Shown piece after piece: positions 11,078-20,398 of a stretch of 64,000 nt of DNA (the first letter of the stretch is position 1; each line of letters starts with the position of its first letter). The translations under genes and the position numbers were made by a program. Under the pieces are notes generated by a model, which saw only the letters and a list, made by a program, of their open reading frames with translations, made no database searches and was not told the origin of the DNA. The DNA is taken from assembly GCA_000091205.1 (NCBI GenBank), contig AP006498.2. One strand, written 5' to 3'. Source of the DNA: Cyanidioschyzon merolae (lineage: Eukaryota).

Positions 11078-11830
11078 ATGGAGGGAGAGTACCGACTAAC
11101 GCGCAGCTATGCAGTCGTTGACATAACAGCGCAAGTGGATGACTCCGCTATTTTAGAACCTTTCGCGTGCGTGATGGCGCGTGCACGGATCGGGCCTCGG
11201 ACCCGCGTCGGTGCTCACTCCGTTGTTGGCGTTGGCGTTTCCGTCGGCGCTGACTGCTGCATCTACCACCACGTAACGTTGCTGAACTGCGATATCGGTG
11301 ACCGGTGTGTGATTCATAGCGGGGTAGCTATCGGTCAGGACGGATTTGGTTTCGAAGTTGACCAACAGACCGGCAAAGTCCGGAAAAAGCCCCAAGAACT
11401 CAGTGTGCGCATCGGTAACGAAGTTGAGATCGGGGCCAATACGTGCATTGATCGGGGCAGCTGGCGTGACACGTTGATTGAGGATGCCGTTAAAATCGAT
11501 AACCTTGTTCAGATTGGTCACAACGTTCAAGTTGGCGCAAATACATTTATTTGCGGGCAAGCCGGTGTTGCGGGGAGCACCAAAATCGGTCGGTACTGCC
11601 GCTTCGGAGGACGCAGCGGAGCCGTTGATCACCTCGAAATCGGTGACCATGTCGATGTGGCCGCGAATAGCGTGCTCACGCGCAATGCACCGGGTCATGC
11701 TGTGTACGCTGGCTTCCCGGCAATGCCAATGCGAGAGTGGCGTCATCAACAGGTGACCCTGCGGAGACTGAGTCGTGCGGGCAAACGACAAGTCGATGTC
11801 TCTGCCGATGATCCAGAGTTCCCTAAATAG
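11078..11830 (+). CDS. LpxD-like hexapeptide-repeat acyltransferase (C-terminal left-handed beta-helix domain only)
   Basis: Strong collinear match to the C-terminal two thirds of bacterial UDP-3-O-acylglucosamine N-acyltransferase. 'HSGVAIGQDGFGF' corresponds to E. coli 'HSGAVIGSDGFGY'. 'IGNEVEIGANTCIDRGSWRDTLIEDAVKIDNLVQIGHNVQVGANTFICGQAGVAGSTKIGRYCRFGGRSGAVDHLEIGDHVDV' corresponds to '[83 protein letters not shown]'. The track ORF starts at TTG 11051; the first ATG is 11078. The N-terminal UDP-GlcN-binding domain is absent. Confidence 0.7.
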   Translation: MEGEYRLTRSYAVVDITAQVDDSAILEPFACVMARARIGPRTRVGAHSVVGVGVSVGADCCIYHHVTLLNCDIGDRCVIHSGVAIGQDGFGFEVDQQTGKVRKKPQELSVRIGNEVEIGANTCIDRGSWRDTLIEDAVKIDNLVQIGHNVQVGANTFICGQAGVAGSTKIGRYCRFGGRSGAVDHLEIGDHVDVAANSVLTRNAPGHAVYAGFPAMPMREWRHQQVTLRRLSRAGKRQVDVSADDPEFPK

Positions 11831-11888
11831 TCCTCTGTTTGTAAGTGAATGCGAAATTCCTAGCCTGAAAATGTTCTCATCGAATTGT

Positions 11889-12899
11889 CTATGTCTGTAC
11901 GTTCGTACAGTGGTGCTGGCTCGATCCATCCTCATTCCTTCCGGGCAGAGGCGATTCTCCGCAGCCTAGCGGCAAGCGCACGGCAAGCGCCGCTGGAGAA
12001 CCGCCACGACGTCTCGAGCGAATGACATCGCCTGAGTATTGAGCCATCCAAGCGACACGAGACTGGAGAACGGATGCACGGGGTGCTTGTGGACACTCTG
12101 GCACCTGGCCGCCGCTTTCCAGTCGATAAGGTAACGACCAATGCCAGACGTCGTCCGCAAAAACGACAACGTCGCCCGGGCTGAGCATAAGTAGTGACGC
12201 CTGCGATGCCGCCACTGGCGCCTCTGCACTTGTCATCAGCGCCTTGCAGAGCGCTTCAGTCACGAAAGCGCTCGGCCGACTCGCCGAGCCGCCCAAACGC
12301 TCCAGGAACGCCAGAAACGCAGCTTCGTGCGTGCGTGGCACCATGCACAGCGCACCGTTTAAGCGAGACACCGTCCCAGAGACTGGCGCCCAGACCGCAA
12401 CAGTGCCTACCACTGACGCAAACTTGTCCTCAACATCGTAATCTCGGTCTCGATGAATATCGAACGCTGAGTAAATAGTTTGTGTGGGCGGCTTGCAAAT
12501 AAACTGCTCATTGTAGAGAAACACCTCCGTTAGCGCCGTGTAGCCGAAGCAACAGGCGAGCGCCTCAGCGGCCAGAGCCGCCAGTCGCCTCGACACGCTG
12601 AGCACCTCGGTGGAGTCTGCATTCGGATTCAAACGGAAGTTCGTGATATAATCAGCGGCGCTGATGGTGCTCGCTGGCAAGGCTTCATAGCACGCGATAA
12701 CACCGCCGTGCCCGGCAACGCCAGTGTGCGTCACACTATCCGCTTCATACTGAAGCGTAAACAGCGCCTCCTCTCCAAGCGCTTGCACTGTGCTCGGTTC
12801 CAGAAACCCTCTCAGGACGACAAACCCCTGATCTTTTAATAATTCGCGTTCAAACGCCGCCGCAAGTCCTGGGAGAAACGACGAAGAGGCGCTTCGCAT
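11889..12899 (-). CDS. Phytanoyl-CoA dioxygenase (PhyH)-like 2OG-Fe(II) oxygenase
   Basis: N-terminal 'FERELLKDQGFVVLRGFLEPSTVQAL' fits the PhyH-family consensus. There is an HxD iron motif in 'FDIHRDRDY', and a distal His with PhyH-like spacing in 'GDVVVFADDVWHWSLP'. The track ORF starts at TTG 13010; the first ATG is 12899. Confidence 0.45.
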   Translation of the reverse strand: MRSASSSFLPGLAAAFERELLKDQGFVVLRGFLEPSTVQALGEEALFTLQYEADSVTHTGVAGHGGVIACYEALPASTISAADYITNFRLNPNADSTEVLSVSRRLAALAAEALACCFGYTALTEVFLYNEQFICKPPTQTIYSAFDIHRDRDYDVEDKFASVVGTVAVWAPVSGTVSRLNGALCMVPRTHEAAFLAFLERLGGSASRPSAFVTEALCKALMTSAEAPVAASQASLLMLSPGDVVVFADDVWHWSLPYRLESGGQVPECPQAPRASVLQSRVAWMAQYSGDVIRSRRRGGSPAALAVRLPLGCGESPLPGRNEDGSSQHHCTNVQT

Positions 12900-13388
12900 A
12901 TGCTGCTCAGCAGCGCTGGCGTGCGAGTAAAGCGGAACAGCCGCGGGATGCAACTTAACGCAGCCGCTGTCTACGGGGCTACGCACGTTGCGGAGAGCGC
13001 GAGTGGACAAAAGCCCTCATAGCAGCAGGCACACTAAACGAATCCGATTCAACGACAGGGTTGGGTGTCGTGCTGATCAACGTTTAACGGCGTGAGGGAG
13101 CATGCAACTTTGAAAGCGGGCGAGGCTGCTTGTATTCAGAGCTGACACGCTGCGTTTTGCCACTACAACCAAGCGAAGCGACCAGGACGCCTGTTGTTTG
13201 CAGAAAGTACACCCGTCGGTTCCGTCGAGCGCTGGTGTCGCGCCAAGAGCGGTTCGTCGTGCACCAGAGACGCAGCTCGCAGCGAGAGTGCCTCGGGGCG
13301 GACTCTGCAGTGCACGGTGCCTCGGCACCGCTGCCGACGTGCAACACTGGAAGCACACGCACCAGGCGTTGGCGCTCGGGTTTCTGCC

Positions 13389-14570
13389 ATGACAGCTGAT
13401 AACGCTTGCACGGGCCGCGAGCCCAGCGACTCAAGACAGGAACGCGATTCGCAAGCGCGGGCGAGTCGGCCTCGTATGCAAGGTCGCTTCACGGACCGAG
13501 AACTGGAACAACTCGAAGACGGCTTACGAGCGGTCTGCACAGAGCTGGGGCTCCCAGCAACCCCGCAACAGTTCAGTGAGCTGGCGACGCGACCCCGTGC
13601 AGTTCGCAGAGCATGTGCGCACCAGCTTCCCGGTTCAGAGGTTCTGCTTCGCAACTGGGGTGGCATCTGGAAGCGCGTCGCGACTTTTGTGCCTGGTCGC
13701 AGCTGGCGTCAGGTCTACGATACGGCACGCCGCCGCTACGCTGGAAATAACTACCTCGGTGATTGGACCGAAGAACAACTGGCTCTGTTGGAGCGTGCTG
13801 TTGAACAGCACGGTCCCTGTTGGTCCAAAGTCGCAGAGGAGGTGGGCCGCTTCGCTTCCTCATGCCGGGACAAGTGGCGGCAGTCGTTTGAGAGCAGAGG
13901 CCGCCTGCGAGGCCGATGGTCCCCTGACGAGCGCCGTCGACTCCTTGAAGCGATGCGCAAATACGGTGAAGCGCCCGCTGCCGCGTCGGAGTTTGGGAAT
14001 GTAACGACCCGTCCGGATCAACTCGATGGCACAACAGATCCACGAACGATGGACGTTCTCGAAGGAAACGGCAAACCAGCGGTTTCCCGGAAACGAGGCC
14101 GCAGCAGTGCATACACCGAGTCCGAAGGATTCTGGACGCGAATCGCTATCTATGTAGGTACTCGTTCGGAGTTCCAGTGCCGTTGCGAATGGCAGCGCCA
14201 TATGGATCCACGTCGCATTAGCCGTCGGGGAAGCGCACACCGTGCCGCTTCTTTGAATCTGCAGTTTCTCGGCGTTCTGGAAAAGTTCGTTACTCCAGAT
14301 GGAACGCGACGGGTGCCGCGTGATGTCTCGGAGATTAAGTGGGGTGAAGTGCACCCCGACCTGAACGCTTATCGCTGCTACCTCTGGTGGCGACAGCTGC
14401 TTCAGCGATTCTATCCAGAGTCACCGTTGCTCTCCAATGATATGCAAGCCCGCAGAAATGCCTCGCTACTGGAGACCATCCGTGAAGTGCGCTTGCGTAT
14501 CCTACAGCATTACCCAGAATCAGCAGAAGCTGGAGAAGTTCGCGCCGTGGACACCTTGGAGCGAGCCTAG
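13389..14570 (+). CDS. Myb/SANT-repeat DNA-binding protein (Reb1/TTF1/DMTF1-like)
   Basis: Tandem Myb-like repeats with conserved Trp spacing: 'WTEEQLALLERAVEQHGPCWSKVAEEVGRFASSCRDKWRQ' and 'GRWSPDERRRLLEAMRKYGE', plus an earlier 'FTDRELEQLEDGL...SWRQVYDTARRRY'. The track ORF starts at TTG 13194; the first ATG is 13389. Confidence 0.55.
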   Translation: MTADNACTGREPSDSRQERDSQARASRPRMQGRFTDRELEQLEDGLRAVCTELGLPATPQQFSELATRPRAVRRACAHQLPGSEVLLRNWGGIWKRVATFVPGRSWRQVYDTARRRYAGNNYLGDWTEEQLALLERAVEQHGPCWSKVAEEVGRFASSCRDKWRQSFESRGRLRGRWSPDERRRLLEAMRKYGEAPAAASEFGNVTTRPDQLDGTTDPRTMDVLEGNGKPAVSRKRGRSSAYTESEGFWTRIAIYVGTRSEFQCRCEWQRHMDPRRISRRGSAHRAASLNLQFLGVLEKFVTPDGTRRVPRDVSEIKWGEVHPDLNAYRCYLWWRQLLQRFYPESPLLSNDMQARRNASLLETIREVRLRILQHYPESAEAGEVRAVDTLERA

Positions 14571-14973
14571 CCAGTGCGTGGCGCTCTGGCACGCGCGATA
14601 AACGCACCTAGTCATTGAGCAAACGCCCCGGAGCATTTAAATCGCCTTTTATCTTGTCTACAACTTTCAACCGAGATGGACGTACTTTCCCGACACTCGT
14701 GCATGCTGGATCCCTCAGCGACTTTGGGGCAACGCTCACGCCGACTGCCACGTTTGCAACCTGGCACCGCGTGCGTGCTCAAGGCACATGCGCGCCGGTA
14801 CCCGCAGCCTTTCCCGGGTAGCGAATCCGCTTCGCTGCCTCCACCGGCGGTGATTCTCGAATGCTACGCATGAAACCAGTCTGGGTTGCTGTGCACTATG
14901 CGTTCAAGTTACGCAACGTCTGCAGTGGGATACGAAAATAGTAGTACCTGCATGCATGCATGCAGCTGCTTGT

Positions 14974-15948
14974 TCACTGTGCCTTGTGCCGCGAATCAGC
15001 TGCCCATTTCTGTACGAGCTTGTCCATCTCAATGCCCACCATCGCATCGCCCAAGTCTTCGCTCACTTCCGCCAAAATCTTGGGATCATTGTAGTTGGCC
15101 ACCGCCTTCACAATCGCACGTGCGCGTTTCTCTGGATCTGCACTTTTGAAGATGCCGCTGCCGACGAAGACGCCGTCCATGCCGAGTTGCATCATAAGCG
15201 CGGCATCCGCGGGCGTTGCGACGCCACCAGCTGCGAACTGGACCACGGGCAACCGGCCCATTTCTTTTGTACGTTTCACCAGGGCATAGCTTGCCCCAAT
15301 CTCTTTGGCGTACGTGAAGAGCTCGTCATCATCCATGGTTTGCAACCGGCGAATTTCGCCCACGACCTGCCGCGCATGGCGAACCGCTTCGACTACGTTT
15401 CCGGTACCGGCCTCGCCCTTCGTGCGAATGAAAGCCGCACCCTCCTGAATTCGACGGAGAGCCTCGCCGAGATTGCGGCATCCGCAGACGAACGGCACAC
15501 GGAACTTGTGCTTGTTGATGTGATGCAGGTCATCGGCGGGGGTTAGCACCTCGCTCTCGTCGATGTAATCCACTCCTAAAGCTTCGAGGATCTGGGCCTC
15601 CACGAAATGCCCAATGCGTGCCTTAGCCATGACCGGGATAGACACTGCTGCTTTGATTCGTTTGATCAGGCCGGGGTCGCTCATGCGCGCAACTTGTCCC
15701 TGTGCCCGAATGTCCGCCGGAATGCGTTCGAGCGCCATGACTGCACAAGCACCGGCGTTCTCTGCGATTCGTGCCTGCTCTGGGGTCACAACATCCATGA
15801 TGACACCACCTTTGAGCATCTGCGCCAACCCGACCTTCACTGCGAAGGTGCTGGCGTGGACGTCACCGTTCAGGTGCGACCACTCGGAGCCGCCATTCAC
15901 AGCCCGTTCGGTCTCTGCGAAAGAGGCACCGTCGACGTGAGAATTCAT
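14974..15948 (-). CDS. PDX1: Pyridoxal 5'-phosphate synthase subunit PDX1/SNZ (PdxS)
   Basis: '[47 protein letters not shown]', '[38 protein letters not shown]' and '[39 protein letters not shown]' are near-identical to conserved PdxS/PDX1 blocks. The track ORF starts at TTG 16101; the first ATG is 15948 (cat at 15946-15948). Confidence 0.9.
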   Translation of the reverse strand: MNSHVDGASFAETERAVNGGSEWSHLNGDVHASTFAVKVGLAQMLKGGVIMDVVTPEQARIAENAGACAVMALERIPADIRAQGQVARMSDPGLIKRIKAAVSIPVMAKARIGHFVEAQILEALGVDYIDESEVLTPADDLHHINKHKFRVPFVCGCRNLGEALRRIQEGAAFIRTKGEAGTGNVVEAVRHARQVVGEIRRLQTMDDDELFTYAKEIGASYALVKRTKEMGRLPVVQFAAGGVATPADAALMMQLGMDGVFVGSGIFKSADPEKRARAIVKAVANYNDPKILAEVSEDLGDAMVGIEMDKLVQKWAADSRHKAQ

Positions 15949-18900
15949 TGCGATAAGCTCGTTGAACAGAAGAGACTTGTTTCTTGAAACGAATTGCGTA
16001 TGCGTCACGCACTTTGCGTGATCGTTGCAGCGTAAATTTTTAGCGTCAGACTTGTAACGTACGCTTCCGTTGGCAGCGTCAACCGGAACGTCGAATTCCA
16101 ACGAGAACGACTCCGTTCGATAACCAGCGCACTTTCGTCTTGAATGAGGTTACCTGTCCTTCACGAAATGAAGACGAAGCTGTTCAGTACGCCAGTCGCG
16201 CTGGACGTCCTCGAACTGACTGCGTTTTGCTGCGGTCTGTGAACACCAGATGCACGCGTCACCCACAAACACACACGAAGAGTGATGTTCAGGTCAAGCG
16301 CCGCTGGTACAGTGATCGATGCGCGGACGCCGTCATGCCCCGCCGTGTCGCCGTTTTTCGGGTGATCCGCGGATGGCGTCGCTGGAGGGTATGTCCGTCT
16401 ATATATGTCGCATTTGTTTTGTTTCATCGAACGTAGACACAGCGGAGACCAGCGATCCCCGATTGCGGGATGCGCTCCGGCATTCGGGAAAGCATCCATC
16501 ATGCTTCACACTACGTTCAAGTTCCTCTACCGATACGTTCCCCTCGAGGGTACTGGTTATTGCTCAAGTTCTATCGTGCGCCGAGTGTGTGCCTCGGGCG
16601 CCCGCGTTCGCGTCCATAGCGCCAGTGCGGATACAAGGTGACGACAGAAAAGCTTTTCCGTACGGGGATCGGATGATGGCATCGCATGCCATGGCAGAGC
16701 ATCGCTCGGGTCGCTGATGGGCATTCTCAATGCTGGAGATCCATTATGGTGGAGCTAGAACTTTGGCAGGTCCGTCGTTCAATTCCAATCTGGAGGCTGG
16801 TAAAGCGCTCACTGGGTCTAGGGAGAGCGCGATGAAGCATATGCGTCGGAGGCTAGCGAAGTGGATGGAATCCCCGTGTAAGACGAGTCTCTCCCTAGCG
16901 TGCGAGCAATGCGGTCAAGCGCGTCGCCATATGCCTCTGGAATCCACTTGCCGCAGAGCGTGGGACGTGAATCTGGCGTGGATTTCGTGAAAATCACCGG
17001 AAAACCGGATGCAATGATGTATCTAGAGTTTTGCCCTGATCTGCACCACCTGCATGACGCGTACAGGTGCGCACCGATCTCAGCGTTCACATGCGAGGCG
17101 GGCTACGTGCTGCGCATCCTGCAAACAGGGCAGAGGTGCAGCGAGAAGTCGCTGCTTGTGGTCTTTTGTCGCTGATGGGATAACGCATGTGCAACATGCT
17201 TGCTTGACGCGTCGCTTTCCGTGCAGCACGCAAATCGAACGAGCTCTACTTGGCATCGCATTCACGTACATACGTGGTCCGTACCGAGCGGTGGAAACGT
17301 GGAATGTCTCTGTTTCATGATGCTGCTCAATACAGCGATGCGCTGCCTCGGATCCTTGAGAAGCACCTGGGCACTCGACGCACTTGCGGCATCGCCATAT
17401 CACCTCCAGACAAGTATGTGATGTTCTGGAAGCATGTTTTCGGGTTGTGACGGGCGCAAAGTCATGGTCATGGGACGCAACAGGCACATCTTTTCCGCAA
17501 TTTGCGTGATATCATTGAAGAAGAAATCATAAGGAAAACGAGTCTGTTGGGCGCTGACGAGGCGTGGTGCTCGCGGCCCCAGCGACAGTGGCTTGGGACT
17601 CGTTTAGGGTAGTCTTGCATCCAAGCCAGTCACTTGTTTTCGCAAGTTTCAGATATATCATGAAATGTCGAGAAACTTGCTCCAGCACTGCGTGAAGCGT
17701 CGCACACCGGCCGCACGAAAAGCATCCGCTCTGGACGTTAGCCCTGCGGGCTATGCCCGTGTCTGATAAAAATTAGAAGCTGAAACGCTCGCCCTCCCCT
17801 GTCTTGCCATTTTTTCGAACTTTATTTTAGATCTTCACACTCGACATTCCAAGACCAGTAATTCGAGCTTACCGTGCTCGTACGTAATTTTAAGTGTTCT
17901 CGGTCGTGGTTTCCAAGTGGCCCCTCGCCGCGGTGCCGCTGGGATTCGTTGCGTCATCCGAATCAAGATGATTCGCGACGCGTTCGAACCAGGGTCCGTA
18001 AACTAAGTGATATCATCATCCAGTCCATGCCTGCAAGCCTCTACGCTGCTCCTTTCCTCGTGTATAGCATCGCCACATAAAGTATTCTTCATTGTTTCAA
18101 TGCTTCTTTTCCAGGGTAACTCGTGTGCGCAGAAATTCGCGTCGCTGGATTGAAATGCGAAAAAGTACTCGAGGTCGAGCCTTATCATCTTGTTCACAGG
18201 CTGATGCCGAGCGTTTAATGAATTTGCCACGTCAAGTAATCGATTCCGATCGAAAGACGGATGGTCCTCTCCTGGTGGCTGCCAACGAAAGAGAATTCCA
18301 CCATAGAAGCACGATGCTTCTTACAGAACATGCCCCTATAGGCGCCCGTCTCTTCTGTTTATATGGATAAGGGTCTTGGGCTCGTAGATAAGTCCCGGCA
18401 GCGATCGCTTTGAGTGGAGCGTGCGTCACCGCTTTGAATGAAAGGAGTGTATACCGGGCGGAATTTCTCGACTTGTTCTGTAGCCTGGATTTTTCGTTCG
18501 ATGCTTATTTCATGAAAGACAGCATCGTGCACCAAAAATCCCGTGTCAAATGGAACAACATGTGTTTGTGTATGCAGCGGACAGCGTACTCGCCCAGTGA
18601 ATAGCCTAGAAAAAAATCCGTGATCCTAAGCGACGGCGTCGGGCGAGGAAACAGAAGAGTGCATCGAAAGGAGCCTTCTGCACCCTTCGAGGGCATGCAC
18701 TGAGTGATGAAACATGTATCCCCATGGCATAATATGCGCCCGCGGAAGAAAGCGTTTGGTTATAGACGTGGCGGAGCAGCCGAACACAGCCCGGTGTCAC
18801 CGCTCCGAAGCGCGCACCGATGCAGCATACAAAGAAGATGAAAAGGGTAAACTATACGTGGATCGCAACTTCCGCCTGTACATCAAATGCAGCGGCAACA

Positions 18901-19599
18901 GCCGAAAGCAATAAAATCGGTGCTTCAACGTAGCTATCAACATTTCTTCGACCGCTGACCACGGTGTTGAAACAGAAAAAGCGTTCAGCATATTCAAAGC
19001 CCGAGACCAGAGACGGGAAACCGGAGCAGTCCCAAAAAAGCATGCAAAGGCTGGTGTTGATGTCTGTTGGAAGAGACCAAAACTTGAACGTGTTCGAGCG
19101 TGTCAGTGTACCTATTGCATTTTCTTCGAACATGAGCGTAGCGCACACCCTGTGGCGCATGCGCCATACCCAGATCCGCTCCGAGTAGACGGACGTCGAG
19201 GCGCTGCACAGTCACTCTGGCTTCAGAAGCAGCGGCAGTGGAGGAGCTTTTACCACCACAGCGAGAACCTGCGATAGGCTCGGCACCCGAAAGACCACCA
19301 AACTGATTGAACCTCTATTTTTAGATGAGAATCCGTTCTTAAATGGATACAGCATCACGGTATTCCAAGCAGAGCTGTTGAATGGTGCCTGGCGATCGTC
19401 AGCAGTCGCGTACTCGGTAGCATCCGCTTCGATGCATCCGTCCTTCTCCATCAAAAACAGCGCGGATGGAGCCGGCCGGACTACGGAGAATGGATCGAAC
19501 TAGTATCTGTTCTTGCGAGTGAAAACTAATATCCACGCGTAGACACCTCGCAGGCTTTTTCGACCTGCCCCCAGGTATCGGTTTCGGCGTCTCCCTGAA

Positions 19600-19800
19600 C
19601 ACTTCATGCAGCAGAGGCCGGCCCACAAAGTCAGATCACGTCAGCTCCGCAGGTCTCGTCTTCAGCGCTAGACGTCGTCTGATATTGATGACGGTGTACA
19701 AGTCTCGGTTCACGAAGTCCATGCATGCATTGCCGCTGGTTGACCGCCTCAGTGTAAGGATTCCTCAAACTCTTGCCCTCTGCGCCTCTGCAGTCTCGTC
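19600..19800 (-). mobile_element. Short remnant of the TnpB/Fanzor-like element (RuvC-III region)
   Basis: The reverse complement of 19673-19790 translates to '...ILTLRRSTSGNACMDFVNRDLYTVINIRRR'. This matches 'ALVRTTNGKKRIEFVNRDFNAAINVRS' of the 39 kb copy. It shares the string 'cgtcgtctgatattga' with the 54.7 kb copy. It lies in a low-GC, gene-poor island. Confidence 0.4.
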
Positions 19801-20398
19801 ATCGTTCCGTCGGCCAAAAACGTTTCCTCGCTTGTCTTCCTTCTTTTTCTTCGACATTTGCTCTTCTTCGCTCGATGGTAAAGGACAAGAGGATTTTTTC
19901 GTTTCTTTTCGGGTACCCGGCAACACCGAGCCTCAAGGATCCGCGATTTTGCATGTCCATACCTTTCCCTTGGTCTTTTCATTTCTTCAAAATGAACGCA
20001 CTTCCAACGCTTCTGCTATAGACCGCAAAAAAAAGCACTTGAATCCACGCACCTGGGGAATGCAACACAGTTGAGCTGAAATACTAGAGAAATCGCAGCG
20101 TTGCGCCACCAGCGGATCCCGTACTCACTGAACGGAGGCCTATCTAGTCAGCAACTCGTCGATTGTCCAGGCTTCTGGACTGAGGTAATAAACGCTTCGA
20201 AGGTAGACGCGCTGAACGCTCCTCAGGTTCCGGAAACAGAGCCGGCGTTCTGGCGAGACACTGGGACTCACTGAGCCCACTTGCGCTCAGGGAAGCCGCC
20301 TCGTGAACAGACGTTCCATAGGGGACAACCTGGTGCGCACAAGGACGCACCTGGTGTCGCGTCTGGTTGTCGACGTTTTCGCGTAAGGAACTGAGGTC

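Noticed and set aside
11153-11935. 260-aa minus-strand ORF fully overlapping the LpxD-like gene
   Set aside because: It is the antisense frame of a GC-rich hexapeptide-repeat gene. It has no family signal, whereas the plus-strand frame aligns to LpxD along its whole length.
17880-17990. tRNA-like 'gttcgaacc' T-loop-like string
   Set aside because: I could not find a matching acceptor stem or anticodon arm on either strand. No cloverleaf can be supported by eye.
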